Below are positions 7,565 through 17,162 of a stretch of DNA of 58,958 bases, piece by piece (position 1 is the first letter of the stretch; each line of letters opens with the position of its first letter). Position numbers and translations under genes: made by a program. The notes below the pieces were generated by a model. The model was not told the origin of the DNA. It ran no database searches and was given only the letters and a program-made list of their open reading frames with translations. Source of the stretch: a virus (lineage: Duplodnaviria > Caudoviricetes). The stretch is taken from the IMG/VR virus record IMGVR_UViG_3300032322_001673, positions 1 through 58,958 of that record; one strand, 5' to 3'.

Positions 7565-8514
7565 AAATTATAAAAATAAAAAATTTGTCAACAGACCATC
7601 TCAGTGTAGAATTTGTTTTAGGTAATGTTTGTAACTATAAATGTCACTACTGCTTTAAGGGATGCAATGAGGGAACTCATAGATGGCCGAATCACGACAT
7701 TGTGCTAAAAAACATGAAGTCACTTTTTTCTTACTATCGATCTCAAGGAAAAACAAATATTGATTTAAAAATCATAGGAGGGGAAACAACACTTTGGCCC
7801 TATTTAGAACATTTTGTTAAAGATATAAAACAAGTAGCAAATGTTTTTGTTAGAGTCAGTACCAATGCTAGTAGAACAATTGACTATTGGAATGATAAGT
7901 CACATTTATTTGATGAAATTACAATTAGTGTTCATAATGAGTTTGCAAATTTAAATCACATTATTAAAGTTGCAGATTTAATTTATAGTAAGAAACAAAG
8001 TAATCTTTATGTGTTTGTTTTGATGGATCCATACAATTGGAAAAAATCGATAGAATGCTTTGATTACTTACATTCAAATAGTGAAGGATGGTTTTTATCT
8101 CCCCAACCAGTATTGTTTGATAATGTTACAACCTATTCACAAGAACAGACAGAATATCTTACTACAGTTAAAAAAAGAGTATGTGACGATGTAAAGAAAG
8201 TAAAGCCAAAATATGCAATGATGTTCACGCAAGACGGAACTGTAGAACCCTATGACTATAAAAAAATTGTTCTTAATAAAGCTAACAATTTTTACGGTTA
8301 TAAATGCAATATTGGAATAGACAGAATTTATATTGACATTGAAGGTGAGATACGAGGAGCTTGCGGTGAACAATTGTTTGATGGAAATTTAAATATAAAA
8401 GATCAAAATTTTGAAGAAAAGATAAAGTTATATAAAAATCTTGAACCTGTCATATGTAGTAAGAATGTTTGTGGGTGCGGTGCTGAAATAATGTTAGATA
8501 AAGAATTAATATGA
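7561..8514 (+). CDS. Radical SAM protein
   Basis: CNYKCHYC, GGETT, C-terminal C...C...CSKNVCGC. Confidence 0.9.
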   Translation: MKIIKIKNLSTDHLSVEFVLGNVCNYKCHYCFKGCNEGTHRWPNHDIVLKNMKSLFSYYRSQGKTNIDLKIIGGETTLWPYLEHFVKDIKQVANVFVRVSTNASRTIDYWNDKSHLFDEITISVHNEFANLNHIIKVADLIYSKKQSNLYVFVLMDPYNWKKSIECFDYLHSNSEGWFLSPQPVLFDNVTTYSQEQTEYLTTVKKRVCDDVKKVKPKYAMMFTQDGTVEPYDYKKIVLNKANNFYGYKCNIGIDRIYIDIEGEIRGACGEQLFDGNLNIKDQNFEEKIKLYKNLEPVICSKNVCGCGAEIMLDKELI

Positions 8515-9104
8515 AAATTGACTTAGAACATATAATGTTTTGGATGGATGCTATACGTAATAGCGAGGATCCAAAACGTACATTAGAAAGTTTTTGGAAG
8601 GGTCAACTACGTAGCAAAGAATGGCTTATAAAAGAATTAGGAGTTTTTGTAGGTAAACCAGTATGCATCGACATTTTTGGTGGTTGGAACGGAGTATTGG
8701 CTAGTATGCTATTTCATGCTCCTTATCCAATTAAATCAATTCGTAGTATTGACATAGACCCAAAATGTGAAGAAATAGCAAACACAATGAACAAGATAGA
8801 GTTAATGAAGGGTGTTTTTCATGCAGTAACCGCGGACATGTGCAATTTACGTAGTGATGCGGATATTGCTATTAATACTAGTTGCGAACACATAACTCAA
8901 GATCAATATGAACAATGGCTGACTTGTTTGCCACAAAATAGTTTACTTGTTCTACAAAGTAACAATTATAAAATTTATGAACATATTAGAATAAGCGAAG
9001 GATTAGATGACTTTGTAGAGCAATCACAATTATCAAAAGTTTTATATTGTGATAAATTAGACTTGCCTTTATATGACAGGTACATGATCATAGGATACAA
9101 ATAA
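8511..9104 (+). CDS. Class I SAM-dependent methyltransferase
   Basis: IDIFGGWNG motif I, SIDIDP, INTSCEH. Confidence 0.75.
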   Translation: MKIDLEHIMFWMDAIRNSEDPKRTLESFWKGQLRSKEWLIKELGVFVGKPVCIDIFGGWNGVLASMLFHAPYPIKSIRSIDIDPKCEEIANTMNKIELMKGVFHAVTADMCNLRSDADIAINTSCEHITQDQYEQWLTCLPQNSLLVLQSNNYKIYEHIRISEGLDDFVEQSQLSKVLYCDKLDLPLYDRYMIIGYK

Positions 9105-10204
9105 TGTTTAAATTTTCAGAATTAAAATCTATACATTTAGAAATAAGCACACGCTGTCAAGCAAGCTGTCCTATGTGCCCAAGGAAATATCACGGTGGTG
9201 TTGAGAATACAAATCTTAAAATAGCAGATTGGACTATCCAAGAATTTAAACATATATTTACGGATGAACTATTGAATCAACTAGATATGATTTACTTTTG
9301 TGGTAATTATGGTGATCCAATTATGAATGATGATTTGATATCCATGTGCCAATACATTAAAGACAAAAAACCCAATATGCAAGTTAGAATACATACCAAT
9401 GGTGGCGCACGTTCAACAAAATGGTGGGTTGATTTATTTAACAGTCTTAATGAAAATCACTTAATTTATTTTGGAATAGACGGTCTAGAAGATACAAATC
9501 ACATTTATAGAATTGGAGTTAATTTTGATATTACGATTCGCAATGCACAAGCATTTATAGATGCGGGAGGCAAAGCTGAATGGGTTTTTATTAAATTTAA
9601 ACACAACGAACATCAAACAGAGTTAGCAGAACAATGTAGTAAAGACATGGGTTTTGTGAGTTTTACCATAAAGAACACTACTAGATTTATTGGGGAAAAT
9701 AGATATAGTGTAGTAGATGAAAGCGGAAACATTTTATATTATCTTGAACCACCAACTGATAATCAAGTTGTGTTTATATCACCTGAACAAATAAAAAGAT
9801 CAGGTGAAATTATTAACAGTTCTAAAATAAGTTGTTATGTGCAAAATTTAAAAGAAATTTATATTGATGCACACAAAAATGTTTTTCCTTGCTGTTTTTT
9901 AGCAAGTGCCCCTTACCACTATCAACAGAAAGAAGAACCTACTGATCCATTTAGAAAAATGATTTACAATTTTCATTATAAGGTATTATCCCAATATCAT
10001 AATTTAGTAGAAACGTTGGGGAGTATAGAAAATATACACGCTATGAATAAACCAATCAAAGATATCATTAGTAGCACAGAATGGCAAACAGTTTGGGATC
10101 ATCACTGGAACGTTGAAAAATTATATACCTGTGCTAGGGTATGTGGGAAAACAGGTAACTCTAAACCTAAAGATCAATTTGTTAAGAGAGTAAAAAATGA
10201 TTGA
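9104..10204 (+). CDS. Radical SAM/SPASM-type protein
   Basis: CQASCPMC, CGNYGDP, VFPCC, CARVC. Confidence 0.9.
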   Translation: MFKFSELKSIHLEISTRCQASCPMCPRKYHGGVENTNLKIADWTIQEFKHIFTDELLNQLDMIYFCGNYGDPIMNDDLISMCQYIKDKKPNMQVRIHTNGGARSTKWWVDLFNSLNENHLIYFGIDGLEDTNHIYRIGVNFDITIRNAQAFIDAGGKAEWVFIKFKHNEHQTELAEQCSKDMGFVSFTIKNTTRFIGENRYSVVDESGNILYYLEPPTDNQVVFISPEQIKRSGEIINSSKISCYVQNLKEIYIDAHKNVFPCCFLASAPYHYQQKEEPTDPFRKMIYNFHYKVLSQYHNLVETLGSIENIHAMNKPIKDIISSTEWQTVWDHHWNVEKLYTCARVCGKTGNSKPKDQFVKRVKND

Positions 10205-11270
10205 TTTTCACACCATAAAAAATGATGGCTCAAACTCATTTGTGATTACTTGGGATTTAGGTAGGCGTTGTAATTTTGATTGTAGTTATTGCCCAGTGCA
10301 TAGACATGATAATTTCAGTAGTCACGCTAGTTTGATAGAGTTAAAAAACACATGTAATTTCTTATTTGAGTATATTTCATTAATATCGCAACATCGACAT
10401 AACAAAGATTTTTATATTAGTTTTACAGGAGGCGAACCTACTGTTAATCCCAATTTTATAAAGTTTGCGGAGCATTTAAATAATGAATGGAAAAATAAGT
10501 TTGATAAAGATATCAAAATAAAATTAGATGTGACTTCAAATGGTGCGATGAGCGAAAAAATAGCTACAAGTATTATTAGAAATTTTGATCATGTAACAAT
10601 AAGTTACCATGCTGAATCAGATGAAATAACAAAAAAGAATGTAATAGATAGGATATTACAATTACATCAAGGTGAAGTAGACATGAAAGTAAATGTTATG
10701 ATGCATGCCAAACATTTTGATGAGTGTGTAAAGGTATGTAACATTTTAAAAGAAAATAATGTTAAGTATATACCTAGACCAATTGGTGAAGATCCTGACA
10801 GTATGCTTGCCACCGCTCACAAATATTCTGATGAACAAAAACAATGGTACAGTGACTTTTTTAACACACCAATTACACCCACCACAAGACCTTGTTGCGG
10901 TGGAAGAAGTTTTACATTATGCAACAATGAAGAATCGATAGAAACGAAGGTAATAGGATTTAGAAATTTTAAAGATTGGTATTGTAGTGTAAATTGGTAT
11001 TTCTTACATGTTGAACAGCAAACAGATTTAGTCTATCACCATCAAACCTGTCAGGCCAATTTCAACGGGGAACGTGGGAGTATCGGAACCATAACAAATT
11101 ATGCTGATATTATCAGTAATCTAAAAAACAACCTTAACAATAAACAAATGCCCACTATTGTTTGCCCTAATAAATTATGCGGATGCGGGTTATGTATTCC
11201 TAAAAGCAAACACAAAGATCAATATTTAGTAAACATAAACAATACAGTTAATCAATCCATATTATCATGA
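10197..11270 (+). CDS. Radical SAM protein
   Basis: CNFDCSYC, TGGEPT, CPNKLCGCGLC. Confidence 0.9.
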   Translation: MIDFHTIKNDGSNSFVITWDLGRRCNFDCSYCPVHRHDNFSSHASLIELKNTCNFLFEYISLISQHRHNKDFYISFTGGEPTVNPNFIKFAEHLNNEWKNKFDKDIKIKLDVTSNGAMSEKIATSIIRNFDHVTISYHAESDEITKKNVIDRILQLHQGEVDMKVNVMMHAKHFDECVKVCNILKENNVKYIPRPIGEDPDSMLATAHKYSDEQKQWYSDFFNTPITPTTRPCCGGRSFTLCNNEESIETKVIGFRNFKDWYCSVNWYFLHVEQQTDLVYHHQTCQANFNGERGSIGTITNYADIISNLKNNLNNKQMPTIVCPNKLCGCGLCIPKSKHKDQYLVNINNTVNQSILS

Positions 11271-11983
11271 AAATTAACGCACAAGATATATTACAAGAAA
11301 CATATGATGTTTTCATTAAAGCTGGATTTAAAAAAATACTTGATAACAGTATTACAATATCTGAAATAGAGTATTATAAATTACATACAGCTTTTTTGGT
11401 TCCTACTTCAATTAAAATTGATACTGAATTATTTGTGGAACAAGTTAAAGAATTTAAATTCCAACAATGGGGAAAAAATCACACTCATTTGCCTAGATAC
11501 GGATTGGCATTAGTAAATAAAAGCGGAGAACTAATTGAGGATGATCCAATTAATGGTAGTTTAATGACATGGAATAAAGATCATCCTAATGATCCTATTA
11601 TTGAAACTGATTGTTTGACGCCTACACCAGTAATGAAGATATCATCCCTAGAGCCATTAAGGATATTTGACGATTACTGGACTAGAAGTAATATACTTAA
11701 ATGGAATAATGGGGCTATGTTTTTACCACATATTGATACAGTTGTACCAAGCATGTGGCTTAGGTTATGGATGAGTACTGAAGGGCTAACGGTTAGATAT
11801 TACGATGAGACATCGGAAGAATTAAAAGAAATAGAGTACGAACCCGGACGAGTTTATTTAATAGATACTTCAAAAATTCATGATGCATACTCAACAAATG
11901 ATAATGTTTACCAATTGTTTTTAAGTGTACTTACGACTGCGGATTATTTAATTTCTTCTGTAATTCTTCCCACGCAAATCTAA
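11267..11983 (+). CDS. Fe(II)/2OG oxygenase-like (AspH-type cupin)
   Basis: PHID (HxD) and distal GRVYLIDTSKIH. Confidence 0.6.
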   Translation: MKINAQDILQETYDVFIKAGFKKILDNSITISEIEYYKLHTAFLVPTSIKIDTELFVEQVKEFKFQQWGKNHTHLPRYGLALVNKSGELIEDDPINGSLMTWNKDHPNDPIIETDCLTPTPVMKISSLEPLRIFDDYWTRSNILKWNNGAMFLPHIDTVVPSMWLRLWMSTEGLTVRYYDETSEELKEIEYEPGRVYLIDTSKIHDAYSTNDNVYQLFLSVLTTADYLISSVILPTQI

Positions 11984-12782
11984 CGGTATCGTTTCTATAA
12001 ACAGTTTTATCTTCAATACCTAATTTAGCAAAAGCATCATATCTCTGCTGACAATTAAAGCAAGTTCCACAATGGATATAATTTTCTCTTACTGAGTTAG
12101 TCACGCACGAAATAGTTTGGTATGCTAAATCTAAATATCCTAACTGTATGTACAAATCAAGAACTTCACTTTTATTAAGGGTATCAAAAGGTCTTAAAGT
12201 TACTTTTCGATTGAAATCTGATCTTAGCATTGGATAAACTAGACCCGAAATTTCCAAATCTTTTATGTATTCGGTAAACGTACCTGTAGGTACGTGAAAT
12301 TCTTCAATAACATCTCTATATTTTTCGTAATTACTATAACACTTTTGAACAATACTTTCATGTGTTGAATTTTTATCTTCTTTGAATTCTGCTACGTTAA
12401 AGAATAATTTAGTAAAGCCCCACATGGTAAATTCAATATTGTGTGTATTTTTCATATATTCAAATATTTGGTAACTCCACGTTTGAATGTCTTTTTTATG
12501 TAATTCAATATCTACAGGAATATAATGTACAGGATGTCCCAATATTTCGCTAGCGTTATCTACGTTTATTTTTACATTCTTGTTTGATTCAGGATTACTG
12601 ACTGTGAACATATCATCAGAATACACTAATACAACATTTTTAGGACCATATTTGTCTAACGCAATTTTGGCAATCAAAGTGGATTCAAGTCCGCCACTTA
12701 TTGCTACGCCTGCTTTACCCCATGACAGTGTAGGGAAATGATCATCAATATGATATTCGATGTTAGTTGGTTTAAGTATCAT
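11931..12782 (-). CDS. QueC-like PP-loop ATPase
   Basis: SGGLES PP-loop variant; RPF..LNK; TISC...HCGTCFNC..R Zn site. Confidence 0.75.
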   Translation of the reverse strand: MILKPTNIEYHIDDHFPTLSWGKAGVAISGGLESTLIAKIALDKYGPKNVVLVYSDDMFTVSNPESNKNVKINVDNASEILGHPVHYIPVDIELHKKDIQTWSYQIFEYMKNTHNIEFTMWGFTKLFFNVAEFKEDKNSTHESIVQKCYSNYEKYRDVIEEFHVPTGTFTEYIKDLEISGLVYPMLRSDFNRKVTLRPFDTLNKSEVLDLYIQLGYLDLAYQTISCVTNSVRENYIHCGTCFNCQQRYDAFAKLGIEDKTVYRNDTVRFAWEELQKKLNNPQS

Positions 12783-13507
12783 TTTTTAAATACCTTTTCT
12801 AATACGTATCCTAATAAATCATATTTGTGAAATCTCACATTACCTGGATATCGATGATGATTTTCATGATAGGCTTCGCCTCCTATAAAAAAATTAACTA
12901 GAAATTTGTTAGAAGGAACGTCACGACTCCAATCATGAGTCCACGTATTTATAAAACCCTCAAAATGAAATACTATTGCAATTGGTGCCCAAAAAATTGC
13001 TAGGGCTAGGTTGAAAGGTAAAATAAATAATGAACCAATAATTATAGGTAGATAAATCCAATAATAATAACGATGCCATAATACATGATAAGTTCGCAAT
13101 AAGCTACCGGCAAACTTAGGATCTATTTTACTAAAGCTATATCCAAATAATTGTACATACCATGTACCCATTATTTTCGGGCTATGAGGATCTTTATGAG
13201 TGCCTTGGTACTTATGATGTTGTCTATGAGTTGCAGTCCAACTTAATGCACTACCTTGCATACTAAATCCTGCGATAAAGCATCCCAACATTTCTAACCA
13301 TTTTGGAACTTTAACGGCTTGGTGTGAAACTACTCTATGATAAAATGTGCTGATGCCTAAAATAGCAACAACATAATGCACACCTAAAGCAATTAATAAC
13401 ATTTGCCATTGTAGTGTTGCAATCAAATAAATTAGCGCAACATGCCCTAACAATATCCAAAAATATCCGTATAGTCTACTAAAATTTACTTCCTCAAATC
13501 TTTTCAT
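12779..13507 (-). CDS. Membrane fatty acid desaturase (delta-9-like)
   Basis: His boxes HRVVSH, HRQHH..DPHSP, HENHH; hydrophobic segments. Confidence 0.9.
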   Translation of the reverse strand: MKRFEEVNFSRLYGYFWILLGHVALIYLIATLQWQMLLIALGVHYVVAILGISTFYHRVVSHQAVKVPKWLEMLGCFIAGFSMQGSALSWTATHRQHHKYQGTHKDPHSPKIMGTWYVQLFGYSFSKIDPKFAGSLLRTYHVLWHRYYYWIYLPIIIGSLFILPFNLALAIFWAPIAIVFHFEGFINTWTHDWSRDVPSNKFLVNFFIGGEAYHENHHRYPGNVRFHKYDLLGYVLEKVFKK

Positions 13508-14228
13508 TTGTCCAACCTAATTTAGTTATTAAATATCCTGCAGGGTCATATTTTGTGTAATTTAATTTTGGATTTGAGTGATGGGATGCATGATATATAC
13601 CATCAGAAAATATTAAAGGCCAATATAATTTAGCAATGTTTCTTGCTTCACCGTTTTTGTGACTAATAACATTAACAAAAAGATTTGTGTTAAAAATCAT
13701 AAATGCTACAGGAATTGCCCAAAGCGTCATAAACCATACAAATGGCAATAATAAAAATAATATTAAATTTCCTAATATGATGAAATGAATTTCATATTTA
13801 CTTAGAAATAAAAAATAAGAATCTCTAAGTCTATCTATACCTCTTTTTAATTGTGCCTCATGAAAACGAGAACAAAAAATGATATAATACCATGATTTAT
13901 ATTTAGGACTATGTGGATCGTTTTCTGTATCTGTATAATGATGATGTGTTCTATGCCATGCTGCCCATGTTATTGGCGTTCCAATTAACGCTAACACACT
14001 TATAGTTGCTAATATGTTCTGAACAAATTTAGGAGGATTCCATAAATTATGGCTAGCCCAACGATGACAAAACAAACTTTGAACTACATCAATCATAAAC
14101 CAATAACTGATATAACCTATAATTAATTGATACCATGTTGCATGATAAAGCCAAACAGGAAATAACAATAGATAAGTTATGAACAAAAACGTTGATGTAT
14201 ATTTGGATAGTGTAATTTGAGAAATCAT
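13494..14228 (-). CDS. Membrane fatty acid desaturase (delta-9-like)
   Basis: HRWASH, HRTHH..DPHSP, HASHH; start at ATGA overlap 14228. Confidence 0.9.
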   Translation of the reverse strand: MISQITLSKYTSTFLFITYLLLFPVWLYHATWYQLIIGYISYWFMIDVVQSLFCHRWASHNLWNPPKFVQNILATISVLALIGTPITWAAWHRTHHHYTDTENDPHSPKYKSWYYIIFCSRFHEAQLKRGIDRLRDSYFLFLSKYEIHFIILGNLILFLLLPFVWFMTLWAIPVAFMIFNTNLFVNVISHKNGEARNIAKLYWPLIFSDGIYHASHHSNPKLNYTKYDPAGYLITKLGWTNEKI

Positions 14229-14983
14229 TTTTTTATCATCCAAATAATCATTGCGGGCAGATCCACTTCCCACCAACGTTCCCAATTACTCCAATTATAA
14301 GGTTTAGCATGATGATTATTGTGCCATCCCTCACCTAAGGCTAAAATATTTGCGATCCAACTATTTCGGCTTTCATCATGTCTTAAGTCATACGTTTTGT
14401 ATCCATGTCTATGAGCAATAACAATGATAGAACTTGTAGAGTGCAATACAATACATGCAGGAATACTATACACAAATATAACGAACCATGGATTAATACA
14501 AAATAAAATGAAACAGTATAACAATATAATTTCTAGATAATAGTTATGTAAAAATTTTTGAAATTTATCTTTTCGTAAATCTCTCACTAATTTTAAATCT
14601 AATTTTACTAAGTTCCATAGTCCAAACCATGCTCTAAAATTTCCTATTAGGTGGGGGCTATGTGGATCCCCTGCCTTTTCACAACTACGGTGATGTTGTC
14701 TATGAATTGCTACCCATGCTAAAGGACTACCTATTGTAGTAACTACACCAATAATACTTAAAGTTTTTTCCCAAAATTTTGATGTCTTAAAACTTTTATG
14801 GGAAAGATATCTGTGATATCCAACTCCTACACCCATAGGACCAATTATAAGCCAAGTTATAAGAGATATTACTAGGTACATATATTGTCCTGTCGTAAAC
14901 ACAAAGGCAAATCCAATCATAAGCAATAAATGATTTATGATCTGCATCCCTCTAACTAATTGATTATGTGTAATTTTATGCAT
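14225..14983 (-). CDS. Membrane fatty acid desaturase (delta-9-like)
   Basis: HRYLSH, HRQHH..DPHSP, GEGWHNNHH. Confidence 0.92.
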   Translation of the reverse strand: MHKITHNQLVRGMQIINHLLLMIGFAFVFTTGQYMYLVISLITWLIIGPMGVGVGYHRYLSHKSFKTSKFWEKTLSIIGVVTTIGSPLAWVAIHRQHHRSCEKAGDPHSPHLIGNFRAWFGLWNLVKLDLKLVRDLRKDKFQKFLHNYYLEIILLYCFILFCINPWFVIFVYSIPACIVLHSTSSIIVIAHRHGYKTYDLRHDESRNSWIANILALGEGWHNNHHAKPYNWSNWERWWEVDLPAMIIWMIKK

Positions 14984-15604
14984 TTATATTCCAAAATCTA
15001 ACATTTCCCATTCTGCATGAGTTATTAACTTCGGGTTCCATTTCTGAAAACTGTTAGGTACAACCTCATAGTACAAATAATTTTGCCAGCATTTTTGCAC
15101 TTCAAATGGGCAAGTTTGAATATAGTTTTCTCCTATTTTCCATTCAGGAGCCACTGATACGATTGCTTCACTAAATATTTTCCAATAACCCTTAGATTGC
15201 TTTTTCTCTCTATTTTGCATTGCTATAATGTAGCAATCAAAATTATTAATATTTGTTAAAGGCTTCACTAAATGTTCATTGTATAATGTAGGAACTTGCA
15301 GATACCCTTTGCGAGAATTTTGTCTAAACTTAGGAAATAGATATTCTCTATGCAAATGTCTAGCAATATTTTTTGGATATCTGCCATCGTTGAAAACACC
15401 TCCCATTCCAACAGGTTCATGCGTATATTTAGTAAAAACTACAGCAAATCCACTGTGGTTTTCAATCTTTAAATTTTCAGGAGTATATAAATGTCTTAAC
15501 CAATTATCTTCTAATAAACATAGCTCACGAATTTCTTCAAACTCTTTGCATGGTTCTGTATAAATTTTGTGATAAAACTCATTAACATTAGACGTTAGCA
15601 ACAT
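14984..15604 (-). CDS. Hypothetical protein, possible GNAT fold
   Basis: PVGMGGV...ARHLHREYLFPKFR resembles GNAT motif A. Confidence 0.45.
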   Translation of the reverse strand: MLLTSNVNEFYHKIYTEPCKEFEEIRELCLLEDNWLRHLYTPENLKIENHSGFAVVFTKYTHEPVGMGGVFNDGRYPKNIARHLHREYLFPKFRQNSRKGYLQVPTLYNEHLVKPLTNINNFDCYIIAMQNREKKQSKGYWKIFSEAIVSVAPEWKIGENYIQTCPFEVQKCWQNYLYYEVVPNSFQKWNPKLITHAEWEMLDFGI

Positions 15605-15617
15605 ATTTATATTTATT
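15604..15617 (-). promoter_or_regulatory. T4-type late promoter motif(s)
   Basis: AATAAATATAAATA contains an exact TATAAATA abutting the ATG. Confidence 0.5.
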
Positions 15618-15665
15618 GTGCTTCAATTATGTCAAATAAATAAATAAGAAATATATTATTAAACC

Positions 15666-16190
15666 ATGCACAAAGAAAAATTTATAGACAATTTAATTAA
15701 TAATTGGCAAACTATATCAGAAGAATACAGTCAAGTTAAAAAAACAATTCCATTGTATGATTTTGATGAGAAACCTAAGTACACTCCTGATTGGAGAGCC
15801 GTAACACTTTGGTGGAATTATAAACCATTGCCTCCTTTTCAAAAACAATTACCCAAAACAACTGAGTTAGTTACACACGGACCTAGTCATCGTGCTACTG
15901 GATGGTTAATATTAAATCCCCATTCCAGAACTCCTGAACATAATCATTTAGATTGGGGACATAAAATCATTGTTCACATTCCAACATATATACCTGAAGG
16001 TGATGTAGGATTTTACGTAAATGGTAACTTATACCGTTGGAAAATGGGAGAAATCTTTGCGTTTGATTGCTATAACAATCATTATGGATTTAATAATACT
16101 GATGAGGCTAGATCAATAATGGTAATGGATTTTGAATATGATGAATGGATAGATGTATTAAGACCTTATATGCGCATGGAAAAACAGTGA
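15666..16190 (+). CDS. Aspartyl/asparaginyl beta-hydroxylase family oxygenase
   Basis: LNPHSRTPEH, VHIP, WKMGEIFAFD...H...NNTDEAR. Confidence 0.8.
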   Translation: MHKEKFIDNLINNWQTISEEYSQVKKTIPLYDFDEKPKYTPDWRAVTLWWNYKPLPPFQKQLPKTTELVTHGPSHRATGWLILNPHSRTPEHNHLDWGHKIIVHIPTYIPEGDVGFYVNGNLYRWKMGEIFAFDCYNNHYGFNNTDEARSIMVMDFEYDEWIDVLRPYMRMEKQ

Positions 16191-16759
16191 GATTTATAGA
16201 AAAAATTAATTTTACCGCTGATGTTAATCAAATGATTAATGATTTAAATTTGTTTATATCTAGAAACCCATGGCCAAATACTACGTTCATGTATAATAAT
16301 CAAAAATATCATGCTAATCAATTAGGTCTTACTTATCGTCCTAATGCAGATTATCCATTAGGGGATGCAGGCGGTAGCTTATACGATCCTGTAACCAATT
16401 CATTCACTAGCAGTGAAACAGACTTTACTGAATGGACTGATGTAGAGCCTTATACAAAAAACATAATAGAACAATTCAGCACTTTCGTAGATTCTAAATT
16501 TGGGAGAATTCGCTATATGCGATTGATGCCTAAAACAGGATTAAGTGTACACGCTGACTTTGAATGTAGATACCATTATGTTTTAGAAACAAACAAATAT
16601 GCATACTTTGGTGAAGCAGTTAGCGACAATGACTTATCTGCTAAATGTTATAATATACCAGCAGATGGTTCTTTTTATAGAGTAGATACTACCAAAGAAC
16701 ATTTTGTCTATAATGGTGGTTGGGAGCCACGCATACATTTAGTTATATGTTCTGCTTAA
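16187..16759 (+). CDS. AspH-like Fe(II)/2OG oxygenase
   Basis: GRIRYMRL, SVHAD, RYH, DTTKEHFVYNGG..RIHLV; probable GTG start overlapping the previous TGA. Confidence 0.7.
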   Translation: MRFIEKINFTADVNQMINDLNLFISRNPWPNTTFMYNNQKYHANQLGLTYRPNADYPLGDAGGSLYDPVTNSFTSSETDFTEWTDVEPYTKNIIEQFSTFVDSKFGRIRYMRLMPKTGLSVHADFECRYHYVLETNKYAYFGEAVSDNDLSAKCYNIPADGSFYRVDTTKEHFVYNGGWEPRIHLVICSA

Positions 16760-16761
16760 GA

Positions 16762-17139
16762 TTAAGCTTGTTTTTTCTTATAATCAGCAATAGCAGACTT
16801 TATAGCATCTTCCGCCAATATTGAGCAATGAATTTTGACCGGCGGTAAAGCCAACTCCTCTGCAATTTCCGTGTTCTTAATTGCATTTGCTTCTGCAAGA
16901 GTTTTTCCCTTAAGCCAAGTCGTGACGAGCGAACTACTAGCAATCGCCGACCCGCAGCCATACGTTTTAAATTTCGCATCGGTGATAATTTCATTTTCTA
17001 CCTTTATTTGTAGTTTTAAAACATCCCCACACGCAGGCGCCCCGACAAGACCTGTACCGACTGATTCGTCATTCATGTCAAGGCTACCAACGTTGCGTGG
17101 ATTTTCGTAATGATCTAATACTTGTTGTGAATATGACAT
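16762..17139 (-). CDS. iscU: Fe-S cluster scaffold IscU
   Basis: DHYENPRNVG, APACGD, FKTYGCGSAIASSS, LPPVKIHC. Confidence 0.97.
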   Translation of the reverse strand: MSYSQQVLDHYENPRNVGSLDMNDESVGTGLVGAPACGDVLKLQIKVENEIITDAKFKTYGCGSAIASSSLVTTWLKGKTLAEANAIKNTEIAEELALPPVKIHCSILAEDAIKSAIADYKKKQA

Positions 17140-17162
17140 AAGTTATCCTCTAAATGTATTTA

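Noticed and set aside
11931-12782. Complete 7-deazaguanine DNA modification system
   Set aside because: Only a QueC-like gene is seen; no QueD, FolE or DpdA, and none of the rSAM genes is clearly QueE.
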